Positions 20,468 to 29,352 of a DNA stretch of 38,677 bases are shown in pieces. The DNA comes from a virus (Duplodnaviria > Heunggongvirae > Uroviricota > Caudoviricetes): IMG/VR virus record IMGVR_UViG_3300045988_139913, one strand, 5' to 3'. The first letter of the stretch is position 1. Each line of letters starts with the position of its first letter. A program made the translations under genes and the position numbers. Below the pieces are notes generated by a model. It searched no databases. It saw only the letters and a program-made list of their open reading frames with translations, and was not told the origin of the DNA.

Positions 20468-20663
20468 GTCCTGCTGCTCATCATGGTTTGTGAGCAGTCA
20501 GTTTGCGGGAGGTGCGGGAAAATCTGGGGTTATGCTATTTGAGTAATGGAGAAAGAAAGTGGAAGGAAGATAAAACGGGATTCATACACCGTTAAATACC
20601 GGTTTAAAAATCCCGTGGCGCGTTTTAAAAAATCTGTGCGGCTGATTTCATGTCTGATTCAGT
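20468..20663 (-). promoter_or_regulatory. G-I intergenic region: candidate late promoter P_I and position of the Mu central strong gyrase site
   Basis: Only ~200-bp non-coding gap in the late region, ~18.0 kb from the left end; contains GCATAACCCC (minus orientation) ~60 bp upstream of I. Confidence 0.45.
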
Positions 20664-21134
20664 TTATTGCCTCAGAGCGGCGCTGACGCGTTTTCTGATG
20701 GCATCAAAAATTTCCTGTTCCCCGGTCTTATCCAGCCCCATATAAGGACGCGCAGGAACGCCTGCCGGGCGGGGTGCCATATCGGGTGTACCGCCCCACT
20801 GATGAATGGCAGCATAAATTTTTGGCGAACCAATAAGGGCATAATCCTGTCCATAATCGGTGGTAATGCTGCGTGCCAGATCGCCATGCAGGGTAAGGAT
20901 ACTGCCCGGAACAAAACCATGATCCTGACGCCATGCCTGCCACGAATCGCTCCACGCTTCCCAGCCTTTCCCTGTATCCGGGTCTGCCTGCCGTTCAAAT
21001 GCCTGTTCCGTGGATGACAGCAGCGCCGCAGCCATCACACGGGGAATGGCGCGGTCACGTGTAACGGTTCCCAGTTCATCCAGTGCAAGCTGAATACGTC
21101 GCACATCCACGGCAACGTTCATATCAAGACTCAC
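20664..21134 (-). CDS. G: Virion morphogenesis protein G
   Basis: 156 aa, Mu order F-G. Confidence 0.75.
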   Translation of the reverse strand: MSLDMNVAVDVRRIQLALDELGTVTRDRAIPRVMAAALLSSTEQAFERQADPDTGKGWEAWSDSWQAWRQDHGFVPGSILTLHGDLARSITTDYGQDYALIGSPKIYAAIHQWGGTPDMAPRPAGVPARPYMGLDKTGEQEIFDAIRKRVSAALRQ

Positions 21135-22486
21135 TTATTCACCTCCACATGCCCCTCCAGTATGTCAATCATCCCGTCAGCAATCGCGGCTTCAAGCGAC
21201 TGTGCAGATACGCGGCTGATACTGACCAGCACATCCGCCCGGTCATTCTGTTTGCTGACAGCCTGCGATGTTCTGACCACAACTTTTGCAGTGCCGTCGC
21301 GGGTTGCCACAACATACAGCAACTGGTGGTTCTCCCTGTCCCACAATACCGCCTGTGGTTTTGCCATCAGCGACGGCAGACGCTGTAAATCCTCCGGTTT
21401 CAGGGCGGCATCAGCAGTGGTCGCCAGACTTTTCCCGTTCATCACAAGCAGACGGGCTGGCATATTCCCGGTGCGCTGATATACGGCCTCCGCCACGGAT
21501 CCCGTCATAAAACCCAGCGTACGGACCTCATGTCCGGCCCGGCGTGATTTCGCCAGACGTTTAAGCCAGAGGGAAAAAGCAAGCTGACGCTCCCGGCTGT
21601 TATTCAGCGTCTGAACAACCTGCTCACGCAGCTGCGCGTCACGAACTTCCACCAGTTTTCGAATCAGTGCCTGATCCGTACCAAATGCCGCCGAACCGGG
21701 GTTATATGACCAGCCCACATCTGGCGTCATTTTTACCCGACCGTTGTCAAACGTGGTTGACGATGTGCGGAAAATCTCTCCGGTGCTTTCATCCGTACCG
21801 GCATCCACTTCGCGGGTATTCATGAATGACGTACCATAACTGACCTGTAGCCCCAGTTCTTTCATGCGGGCCGCAGACAGCGCCCGGACGCGACAGCGGC
21901 AGTTCCAGCCATTGGGCGGGTAATGCGTCTGCCAGAAAATGTCGTCATACCGGAAAACCATATTGTGCAGCCGCGCATGTTCCGGGCGTGTTCTGCCATC
22001 CATAACGGCAACGTACTGCCAGTACGGGTACAAATCGGCGGTATTCATCATCTGCGCATAACGTCCTGCCCCATACGCCGTACGGGTATTGACGTTATAA
22101 ATGGTTGCCAGACGACGCGGACTGCCCAGCTCGATTACCTTTGCGTTTCCGTCTGCATCCACGATGATTTGTTTTCCCCACCATCCGAGTTTTTGCAGCC
22201 GGGGGGCAAGTGTGCGGGTAAATTCCTCACGGGTGATGCCTTCACTGACAGCCCGCTCCACTTCCTCACGGATTGTGGTCAGTACATCCATCCGGGTGGC
22301 TTTGGCAACGGTAAAGGCGCAGGCGTGCGCGTCTGCCAGTTGTTCGTACCAGTTCCAGGTGATGTTGTAACCTTTGGCGCGGAAATACGCGACAGCCTCC
22401 TTTGGCGGGAGGCGTGCGGCATACGCCAGATCAATGGTCTGCTGCGGCATCCAGACGCCCCCATATATCGGCAACAAAAATGGCAC
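21131..22486 (-). CDS. F: Minor head/morphogenesis protein F
   Basis: 451 aa; ORF-track start is GTG, alternative ATG at 22450; overlaps 3' end of portal gene. Confidence 0.75.
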   Translation of the reverse strand: MPFLLPIYGGVWMPQQTIDLAYAARLPPKEAVAYFRAKGYNITWNWYEQLADAHACAFTVAKATRMDVLTTIREEVERAVSEGITREEFTRTLAPRLQKLGWWGKQIIVDADGNAKVIELGSPRRLATIYNVNTRTAYGAGRYAQMMNTADLYPYWQYVAVMDGRTRPEHARLHNMVFRYDDIFWQTHYPPNGWNCRCRVRALSAARMKELGLQVSYGTSFMNTREVDAGTDESTGEIFRTSSTTFDNGRVKMTPDVGWSYNPGSAAFGTDQALIRKLVEVRDAQLREQVVQTLNNSRERQLAFSLWLKRLAKSRRAGHEVRTLGFMTGSVAEAVYQRTGNMPARLLVMNGKSLATTADAALKPEDLQRLPSLMAKPQAVLWDRENHQLLYVVATRDGTAKVVVRTSQAVSKQNDRADVLVSISRVSAQSLEAAIADGMIDILEGHVEVNK

Positions 22487-23969
22487 GGGTCAGCATGTCG
22501 ATAAGTTCTGCATCATCCATCTGCGGATATAATGAAGCGGCTTTGTTCATGGCGGCTTCCGGGCCATCTTTCAGCACAGAAAGAATGACTGGTTTCAGCA
22601 GGGGATCAACCGAACGCTGCCAGTCTTCCGGTGAGACGCCCATCCGGTCGATATCATCCTCCTGCGGGATATCTTCAGCGGATAATGCGGCCTCTTTCTG
22701 CGGACCGTTATCCATGACGACCGGTTGAGCAGTAAACACGGCTTCATCACCGACCGGCTGTGGAATATGGAGTTTTTCCTGTATCCATGAGACCGGAATA
22801 CGCATTCCCGCCGCCAGTTTCGGAATGGCGTCAGACAGTGCCGTAATATCACCCGCTTCACTGGTATCAAATACAATGCCCGGCAGGCGGTTAATATCAA
22901 TGGTGCTGTCACTGTTCAGTGCCAGCAGGGGATAAATCAGGTCACGGTTAATACTGCGGGCAAGCTGGCCCACATCCGCGTTACGGATTTCCCGGCGAAC
23001 CTCATCATGCACTTCACCCAGCGACCGTGCACCTTTATCGCCAGCCTCTGTGGTCAGGGTGCCGCCCAGAATGGCTTTTGAAATCGCTTTTTCTGCCCAG
23101 CCAATCATCGCCATAAAGGGGTCTGACTGACCATCTGCGGCGCTCTGAAAATCCAGCGTCATCCCCATCGGAATAATGCCACCGGCACGTCGCCCGATAT
23201 CCATCACGGCCTGCATCAGCGTGGCTTTCTCGCGGTTCGTGGAGCCGGTCGGATATTTACCGACGCGCATGGGGAGTCCGTAAATTTCCAGAAACTCTGC
23301 AAAATCACGCACGGAATAGTTTTTAAAAATAAAAGGCCAGATAAGCGTGCGCACAAGGCCATTGGTGCCGACATACCCGGTGCGGGATTTGGCCCGGTGC
23401 ATAAACCAGCCGAACGGTTGCAGCTCCAGCCCGTGATAAGACGTATCACGCAGACGTAATTCGTTCAGATTATCGGGGTTCGCGCAGAACAGCGCCGGAT
23501 CGCGATGATGCAGCGCCACCGGCACGCGCATTTTGCCCAGCCAGCCCCATTCAATCTCCTGCATGGAATAACCCTTGAGAATGGCATCACCGGCATCAAA
23601 CAGGGCATCTTCAAACCACGCCGCATCATGCAGATATTCATTCAGCATGTCGGCGTCTTTTTTCTCCTGTGCGCTGGCATCACGTGCCGGAGCGATGCGC
23701 CATTCCAGCGCCTGAATGGCAAGGCGGCGCTTGCTCAGTTCGGAAAAAAGGTGGGTGTCCTTTTCTTCCATATCAAAGGCCAGGTCAGCCTGTGCTGTCA
23801 GATCACCGCGTTCGGCATCACGCAGCATCTGCGCGGCCCGGTTCGGCGTCACACCACTGGAAGGATGCTCCTGCGTGCGCTTCATGACCATTGCCAGCTC
23901 ATCGCTGCGGGTCTGCATTTCATCGTCAAAATCAAACGGCTGCCCGGAAATATCCAGAATACGGCCCAT
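22431..23969 (-). CDS. H: Portal protein (Mu gpH-like)
   Basis: 512 aa directly downstream of large terminase. Confidence 0.8.
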   Translation of the reverse strand: MGRILDISGQPFDFDDEMQTRSDELAMVMKRTQEHPSSGVTPNRAAQMLRDAERGDLTAQADLAFDMEEKDTHLFSELSKRRLAIQALEWRIAPARDASAQEKKDADMLNEYLHDAAWFEDALFDAGDAILKGYSMQEIEWGWLGKMRVPVALHHRDPALFCANPDNLNELRLRDTSYHGLELQPFGWFMHRAKSRTGYVGTNGLVRTLIWPFIFKNYSVRDFAEFLEIYGLPMRVGKYPTGSTNREKATLMQAVMDIGRRAGGIIPMGMTLDFQSAADGQSDPFMAMIGWAEKAISKAILGGTLTTEAGDKGARSLGEVHDEVRREIRNADVGQLARSINRDLIYPLLALNSDSTIDINRLPGIVFDTSEAGDITALSDAIPKLAAGMRIPVSWIQEKLHIPQPVGDEAVFTAQPVVMDNGPQKEAALSAEDIPQEDDIDRMGVSPEDWQRSVDPLLKPVILSVLKDGPEAAMNKAASLYPQMDDAELIDMLTRAIFVADIWGRLDAAADH

Positions 23970-25624
23970 TACCAGCCCCCTCGTTCAAACTGGTGATAAT
24001 CATCAAAATCATCGTTATCAACATCATCACCACGGTGGCGTGGTGGCAGCGCCTGTATGCTGTCCTCGTCGATAACAAAACCATTCATATAAGACGCCCT
24101 GACAGCCATACAGAGCGCCACGGCAAAGTCACCATGTCGTCGGCCTTTACCGCTTTCATCTTTTGTGCGCCCCTTATCAATCTGCGGAATACCTTTGTCC
24201 ACCTTGATATGAAGCAGGTCATCGAGTGTGGTCTGATGCCGGGCAATCGTGATGTTCTGCGCTTCAAACTCGCCTTTCAGTTTCGGCATCCACTCCTGAT
24301 ACCAGGCGGCGGTCAGACTGATGCAGTCGATCATCTCCGGGCCATAAATCAGACGGGCGGCTTCTGCCAGATAACCGCCGTTACCGGTGGCATCAAATGC
24401 AGCGCCGGTAAAACGGGGCAAACGGGACAGAATGAATAAAAGGATTTGTCGCTGCTGGTCATAGGTCACATTACGCAGCTCCACGCGGAAACATTCGCGT
24501 TTGCGTAAGTCAGGAGTGATGGCAAGCGGAACAAACACCGTCAGGTCGCCACGGCGTGCAAAGTCTTCGCCCAGTACGTGTTTATTGAGCGGCGACAGCG
24601 CATCGAGCAACGGGAGCAGCTCCTGTTCACACCAGTCCTGAACGATGCCGTGGCGCATTTGTGGTGTCAGCGATTCAAAATCGTCCGGGGCTTCAAAACG
24701 CAGAATCGGGATATCCCGCGCTGGCGTCATGGCGGCTTCAATCAGCACGCGTGACAGATAAGCGCCCCCGGATTTTTTAGGAATGCAGCCGTATTCCTCG
24801 TCGGCACTCTCTTTATTCGGCGCATTCCGGTACAGGCCATCACGCCAGGCTTTTTCCGCTTCCGGCGACCACGGCTGATTCGTGACGTAACAGATACGTC
24901 GGTACAACCCGTCAGCGATGGCATCATCCAGCGTGATGCGGTGAACGCTGTAATCCTTGCGCCCCTCGCGCGCATCCTGAATGTACTGGTTAAACAGGTT
25001 ATCGACGCCGTTATGTGTCGATATGATCCGCACGCGGGCACCCCACATGGTGAGAGCAAAGGCCGCTTTCAGGAGTTCGTCCAGGGCTTCATGAAATGCC
25101 GCCTCATCAATCACCACGTCCCCCTGCAAACCACGCAGGTTAGACGGACGGCTTGACAGCGCCTGCACCTTAAATCCGCTGTTAGGGAAACGGATCATAT
25201 AAGTGAGGATTTCTTCTTTTTTGTCGCTGTCCCAGAAGGTCTGCTCCCAGACATCAGCCTTTGCCAGCTGGTTAAAGGCGCGGGCAAACAGGGCACAGGC
25301 GGCGATATATTCCAGCGCCATTTCCTGACGGGAACCCACATAAAAGACGTTGCGACCGCCACGGCGGCGCGGCTTTGCTGCCGTCATGACATTGCGGCCC
25401 GCTTCGGCCCATGTCAGACCGGTACGACGGGATTTTTCAGCGATGCAAATCTGGCTTTCATCCTCAAACCAGCGGCGCTGATAGCCCAGAAAAACCGGTT
25501 CATTGCGGGGCTGTGCTTCCCCGATATCGGTCACGATATGCACGCCGAGCAGTTCGGCTTCCTCACGCAGGTTGATTTTTCGGGGGGCATGAAGGGCTTT
25601 AAGGTTGTTTTCTCTGGTGTTCAT
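23969..25624 (-). CDS. Terminase large subunit (Mu gp28-like)
   Basis: ORF-track ORF 23969..25816 trimmed to the ATG (MNTRENN...) just after the upstream stop; 551 aa. Confidence 0.8.
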   Translation of the reverse strand: MNTRENNLKALHAPRKINLREEAELLGVHIVTDIGEAQPRNEPVFLGYQRRWFEDESQICIAEKSRRTGLTWAEAGRNVMTAAKPRRRGGRNVFYVGSRQEMALEYIAACALFARAFNQLAKADVWEQTFWDSDKKEEILTYMIRFPNSGFKVQALSSRPSNLRGLQGDVVIDEAAFHEALDELLKAAFALTMWGARVRIISTHNGVDNLFNQYIQDAREGRKDYSVHRITLDDAIADGLYRRICYVTNQPWSPEAEKAWRDGLYRNAPNKESADEEYGCIPKKSGGAYLSRVLIEAAMTPARDIPILRFEAPDDFESLTPQMRHGIVQDWCEQELLPLLDALSPLNKHVLGEDFARRGDLTVFVPLAITPDLRKRECFRVELRNVTYDQQRQILLFILSRLPRFTGAAFDATGNGGYLAEAARLIYGPEMIDCISLTAAWYQEWMPKLKGEFEAQNITIARHQTTLDDLLHIKVDKGIPQIDKGRTKDESGKGRRHGDFAVALCMAVRASYMNGFVIDEDSIQALPPRHRGDDVDNDDFDDYHQFERGGW

Positions 25625-25631
25625 AACCCTC

Positions 25632-26222
25632 TCATGCCTTACCCAGCAGCACATCACGGATACGCTGCTCCAGCTCTTCGCTGATGCCATCCTGCCCGCG
25701 CAGTTCTTCACTGACGGCGTTTGCCGCTTCTTCTGCGAATGCCTGGCGGATTTCTTTCTCGCGCCGGTGGCTGGACATTGCCGTGGATTCCAGACGCTGT
25801 GCCGCCAGCATGGCATTTTTCAGCAGGTCAATATCCACGTCAGATTCCGGGTTTTCGATTTGCCGCATCATGGCCTTAAAAAGCTGGCTGCGGGCCATTT
25901 CCAGAATCAGCTTTGTGGTTTCTCCCATTGGCTTGTCGCCAAGTTCTGCGGTCAGTGCTGACGTCATTTCACGCATCTGTCGCAGGTTATGGCCTACTTG
26001 CTCGACGTTCGTCGCGTAACGGTTCAGACCGGAACGGGAGAGTTTCATCTCATCCGGCAGGCCAGCGTCTTCAATCAGTGCGTTAATTTCTTCCAGAATG
26101 CGGGCCTGTGGGATCGCCTTATCACGCAGCATTTCATGCAGCGTTTTACGTACGTTTTCCGGCAGTAAATCCACTTTTGAAGCCCGGCCCCGTGTTTTCC
26201 TGTCCATCACGCCTCCTGTCAT
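25632..26222 (-). CDS. Putative small terminase/DNA-binding protein (Mu gp27-like)
   Basis: 196 aa immediately upstream of TerL; alternative start at 26207. Confidence 0.55.
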   Translation of the reverse strand: MTGGVMDRKTRGRASKVDLLPENVRKTLHEMLRDKAIPQARILEEINALIEDAGLPDEMKLSRSGLNRYATNVEQVGHNLRQMREMTSALTAELGDKPMGETTKLILEMARSQLFKAMMRQIENPESDVDIDLLKNAMLAAQRLESTAMSSHRREKEIRQAFAEEAANAVSEELRGQDGISEELEQRIRDVLLGKA

Positions 26223-26509
26223 GCACGGGGACGCGGACGCTTGACACCGGCAACGCGGGCGCGGCCTTCCGCCACATCCTGACCTCGGGAGGTCAGCGTT
26301 ACGACATAAAAGCCGCGCAGGTTTTCCACGGTGACCAGTTGCTGCTCTGCCAGCCAGTCAATCTGGCCGCGAACCACATCGCGGGAAACGTTGTGTCCGT
26401 ATGCATCCAGACAGTCCTGAAGGATGGATTCGTTGGCTTCGTTATTGCAGTCCATCAGGGAACGCAGGATGACCAGACGACGGTCTTCAGTCAGAATATC
26501 GTTAATCAT
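26219..26509 (-). CDS. Conserved late protein (Mu gp26-like)
   Basis: 96 aa, translationally coupled in late operon. Confidence 0.55.
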   Translation of the reverse strand: MINDILTEDRRLVILRSLMDCNNEANESILQDCLDAYGHNVSRDVVRGQIDWLAEQQLVTVENLRGFYVVTLTSRGQDVAEGRARVAGVKRPRPRA

Positions 26510-26805
26510 GAATTACTCCGGTTTACTGCGTTTTCAAGCAGCAGCTCCAGTTGATGGGAAAATGACTGCACCCGCTGGGACAGCACCCGGATATCGCCGG
26601 ACAGCTCTGCAATACGCAGGCGCATTTCGTGTACATCTTCTGTGCCTGGGATGCTGGCGTAGCGGGTTTCCATTTCGGTCATCCGGTTTTCAAGACGCTC
26701 CACACGCTCGGTGCTGGCAAAACTACGACGCATCGCCCAGACGGCCCCACCGGCCACAACAGGCAACAGGTAAGGCCATAACGCTAAAACTGAAATCAAA
26801 TCCAT
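26506..26805 (-). CDS. Membrane protein with coiled-coil, Mu gp25 (releasin)-like
   Basis: N-terminal TM helix LISVLALWPYLLPVVAGGAVWA followed by coiled-coil; start chosen at Met overlapping upstream stop. Confidence 0.55.
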   Translation of the reverse strand: MDLISVLALWPYLLPVVAGGAVWAMRRSFASTERVERLENRMTEMETRYASIPGTEDVHEMRLRIAELSGDIRVLSQRVQSFSHQLELLLENAVNRSNS

Positions 26806-26999
26806 TATTCTGCTCCACGGCACCAGTGGCAGTAGTTCGCCATCGGCTGCTGTCTCAGCACATCAGGCCGCAGCTCACGACCGCAACCGGCACACAATAC
26901 AGGCGGGTCATACGCCGCCGGGCGGGGAATATCACGGGTATCCCCCTGCCAGAGTTCAGCGAGCAGCAGCACCACCGCCCGGTTCTGGTCTTCGTTCAT
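26805..26999 (-). CDS. Small Cys-rich protein (Mu gp24-like)
   Basis: 64 aa with CAGC...CHWC zinc-ribbon-like motif. Confidence 0.5.
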   Translation of the reverse strand: MNEDQNRAVVLLLAELWQGDTRDIPRPAAYDPPVLCAGCGRELRPDVLRQQPMANYCHWCRGAE

Positions 27000-27297
27000 A
27001 AATTTCTTTCCTCCGGGTCTCCTGTTCCCGGACTGATGCCTTGTCGCGGTTGCACTGCCCGAGCGCCATCAACAGGTCAGCATTCCAGAGAAGGGATGCT
27101 CCCCACGTCAGGGGCTGTGGCATGGGCGGAACGGGTGTTGCTTCCGTCAGTTCTGCATCAGTTTCGGGCAGGAGCACCACCGATGGCACGGGTGCGTTTT
27201 TCGAGTTCCCGCAACCTGTCAGCAGCACCGGCAGGCACAGGACGAGTGCTGCAATTGTCACCGGTAATGGCGGTTGTAATTTTTTGTTTTGCATCAT
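26956..27297 (-). CDS. o-spanin (outer-membrane lipoprotein, Rz1-like)
   Basis: Start at MMQNKK within ORF-track ORF 26956..27504; lipobox LLTGC; Pro-rich; out-of-frame overlap with 3' end of i-spanin gene. Confidence 0.7.
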   Translation of the reverse strand: MMQNKKLQPPLPVTIAALVLCLPVLLTGCGNSKNAPVPSVVLLPETDAELTEATPVPPMPQPLTWGASLLWNADLLMALGQCNRDKASVREQETRRKEIYERRPEPGGGAAAR

Positions 27298-27544
27298 GAT
27301 GTTCTGTCTCGTCTGCCAGCCGCGCGGCACGATTTGCGGCACGGATAGCGGAAAATACCTGCATCGTTTGCTCCTGACCGTGTAACAACCATTCAGCCGT
27401 GTGGCGGGCCTGTTGCTCCGTCTGTAATTCACGGCGCAGCGTCTGGTTATCGTGGCGGGTGCTGCCCAGCCTGTGCCACAACACACCGGACAGAACGGCG
27501 GCAAACACGGCTGCCAGCAGTAAACTTTTACTTGCGAAGGTCAT
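27158..27544 (-). CDS. i-spanin (Rz-like)
   Basis: 128 aa, N-terminal TM helix then coiled-coil periplasmic domain, directly after endolysin. Confidence 0.7.
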   Translation of the reverse strand: MTFASKSLLLAAVFAAVLSGVLWHRLGSTRHDNQTLRRELQTEQQARHTAEWLLHGQEQTMQVFSAIRAANRAARLADETEHHDAKQKITTAITGDNCSTRPVPAGAADRLRELEKRTRAIGGAPARN

Positions 27545-28046
27545 CCGCCCCCCTGATATTCCAGATTGCCATTTCCACTTCGCGACGGTTCATCAGTCCT
27601 TTCCATTTATGGCCTGCGGCAAACACCCAGCGGGCCATCTGGTCACGCGCTCCGGCGTAATCACCGGCATTGAGTTTTTTCAGCAGCGTTGATTTACTGA
27701 ATGCGGTAACACCAGTGTTGAAAATAAACGTTGCCAGCGCCGTTTTCTGATATGGCGTCAGCGGCACCCTGACAAGACGATCGATTGCCGCATAAACCGG
27801 TTTTAAATCACTGTCGAGGAGAGCCATACACTCCGCATGGCTGTAACGGCGCATTTCGATATCCGGCCCGGTATGTCCCACACAGACCGTAAGCACACCG
27901 GCAATATCGCGGTAAGGCATATAAGCGATATTTTCCAGATGGATCAGAGACTGACGGGTCATTTCCTGATAACCACCCACACCGCCACCGGCAATCGTTA
28001 CAGCCAGCAGTGTGGCTTTCAGTTTTTTTGGTATCCCCGCCATCAT
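27528..28046 (-). CDS. lys: Endolysin (lysozyme), SAR-type N-terminus
   Basis: 172 aa; weakly hydrophobic Gly/Ala-rich N-terminal segment LLAVTIAGGGVGG typical of signal-anchor-release endolysins; first gene of late operon as in Mu. Confidence 0.85.
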   Translation of the reverse strand: MMAGIPKKLKATLLAVTIAGGGVGGYQEMTRQSLIHLENIAYMPYRDIAGVLTVCVGHTGPDIEMRRYSHAECMALLDSDLKPVYAAIDRLVRVPLTPYQKTALATFIFNTGVTAFSKSTLLKKLNAGDYAGARDQMARWVFAAGHKWKGLMNRREVEMAIWNIRGADDLRK

Positions 28047-28098
28047 GCTTCCCTGAAAAAATGCTCTGATGGCAGTCTAAAAAATCAGGTGGCAGATG

Positions 28099-28109
28099 CG
28101 GGATTATGG
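28099..28109 (-). promoter_or_regulatory. Candidate C-activator half-site upstream of lys (Plys)
   Basis: CATAATCCCGC (minus orientation) ~55-63 bp upstream of lys ATG; same ATAAYCCC motif seen upstream of I and com. Confidence 0.35.
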
Positions 28110-28117
28110 TGACAGGA

Positions 28118-28144
28118 AATAACCGGCAGGATGCCGGTTATTTT
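28118..28144 (-). terminator. Hairpin at the end of C (middle-operon terminator candidate)
   Basis: AAATAACCGGCA-GGA-TGCCGGTTATTT, 12-bp perfect stem overlapping the C stop codon. Confidence 0.5.
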
Positions 28145-28560
28145 GGGCTTTCAGGTGAGAACAGATCAGGCTGATGACGTCGTGTATGCAGCTTTCTCTG
28201 GCGGGCAATAATCTGGTAGATCTGCGGCTGGGACAGGCGGTACTGGCGACGCAGTTCTTCCATGTTACGACCATTAAACTGGCAGTAAAGCAAATCGTCG
28301 CGTAACGCGGTCAGGATCGTATCGCCGCAGGGGATGTAAAACTGCCGTCCACCCAGAAAACATGACAGGGCAACGGCCTGTTTACGGGCAAGTTCACGGG
28401 GATTGCTGACGTTCTGGCGTTTCAGTTCGTTTTCCAGAACATCAATCAGATCAACCACCGAACGGGGCCAGCGTGATTCCAGTTCCGGGGCCGGGATGTT
28501 ATCAATATGTCCGATTAACTGGCGAATTGCCGGATCGTGTTCAAATAAATCATGCTGCAT
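28138..28560 (-). CDS. C: Late transcription activator C
   Basis: 140 aa; paralogous to Mor (shared ...YIPRG/YIPCG...NGRN...EL...Y core); last gene before lys. Confidence 0.9.
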   Translation of the reverse strand: MQHDLFEHDPAIRQLIGHIDNIPAPELESRWPRSVVDLIDVLENELKRQNVSNPRELARKQAVALSCFLGGRQFYIPCGDTILTALRDDLLYCQFNGRNMEELRRQYRLSQPQIYQIIARQRKLHTRRHQPDLFSPESPK

Positions 28561-28572
28561 ATTTTCCCCCGG

Positions 28573-28692
28573 TTAACAGACAGAAAGATACACCACGGCA
28601 CTGATGGTTATCAGAACCACAAGGGCAATCACTTTTATCGCACTAATCAGCGTGGACGGCCCGAAACATTCATCACTGAATTTTCTGTACAT
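28573..28692 (-). CDS. Small membrane peptide (39 aa; Mu gp20-like position)
   Basis: Hand-read ORF MYRKFSDECFGPSTLISAIKVIALVVLITISAVVYLSVC, single TM helix; below ORF-track cut-off. Confidence 0.4.
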   Translation of the reverse strand: MYRKFSDECFGPSTLISAIKVIALVVLITISAVVYLSVC

Positions 28693-28701
28693 GGTGCCCC
28701 T

Positions 28702-29064
28702 TTACCCGAACAGACGAGCGCGAAAACGAAAGGAGATCCAGAACGTCAGCAATCCGGCCAGCGCCCAGATGACATGCTCAGGACCCGTTTTCAGTTGAGA
28801 CGTTGCCATCACGGCTAATCCCAGCCCGGACAGACTCCCCAGCCAGGTCAGAGGCCAGACGAACCGGGCAAAATGTTCAGGCACCCGGCAGCTCATTATC
28901 AGCGCATCCAGGCAATCACCGGCAACACATAAAGCAACACTGAAAACCGAGGCACAGCAAAACATCAGCGCGCGCCAGCCACAAAACAGACTTATCCACA
29001 ATAACAGCGCCAGTAACACCACCGATAAAAAATCAGGCCACTGACGAGCAGAACGCTCAGACAT
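28702..29064 (-). CDS. Multi-pass membrane protein (Mu gp19-like)
   Basis: ORF-track ORF 28702..29115 trimmed to internal Met; 3 predicted TM segments. Confidence 0.55.
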   Translation of the reverse strand: MSERSARQWPDFLSVVLLALLLWISLFCGWRALMFCCASVFSVALCVAGDCLDALIMSCRVPEHFARFVWPLTWLGSLSGLGLAVMATSQLKTGPEHVIWALAGLLTFWISFRFRARLFG

Positions 29065-29275
29065 AATGTTTCTCCCTGTAAAGCAGGCAATGATGAAGAA
29101 TTTCCGGCATATCAACTGACTGCCAGCCTTTCATGTAATAACTGCCGTGGGTGCCATCATGACCGGTATAGTCGCGGGGCGCAGGACGTGGCCCACCGGC
29201 GACACGGTGCAAAACCTCCTGACGCAGCCGCTCACGTCTGCCAAGATGAAAGGATGCATTCCAGCCTTTACCCAT
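29057..29275 (-). CDS. Small protein, first gene of middle operon (Mu gp18-like)
   Basis: 72 aa directly downstream of the early terminator. Confidence 0.5.
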   Translation of the reverse strand: MGKGWNASFHLGRRERLRQEVLHRVAGGPRPAPRDYTGHDGTHGSYYMKGWQSVDMPEILHHCLLYREKHYV

Positions 29276-29319
29276 GATGATTTCCCCCGGTACGGTTATT
29301 CATCACAGGATATTGAGGA

Positions 29320-29348
29320 CGTAAAAAAAGCCGGATTAACCGGCTTTA
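29320..29348 (-). terminator. Rho-independent terminator of the early operon
   Basis: AAAGCCGG-TTAAT-CCGGCTTT followed by TTTTT immediately after mor stop (symmetrical A-tract/T-tract). Confidence 0.7.
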
Positions 29349-29352
29349 CTGT

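Noticed and set aside
20521-20662. 46-aa plus-strand ORF in the G-I intergenic region
   Set aside because: Short, overlaps the 3' end of G, no RBS; region is better explained as regulatory/gyrase-site DNA.
22431-22600. Apparent 2-nt frame inconsistency between my hand-read coordinates and the ORF track around the portal/F junction
   Set aside because: ORF-track translations are internally consistent, so this is attributed to my position reading rather than a real frameshift or pseudogene; ORF-track coordinates were used.
23505-24439. Plus-strand ORFs of 163 and 182 aa
   Set aside because: Antisense to portal and large terminase genes; no independent support.
23969-25816. Extended 615-aa form of large terminase
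   Set aside because: Extension overlaps the upstream gene by ~190 nt; an ATG (MNTRENN) immediately follows the upstream stop, giving a 551-aa product of typical size.
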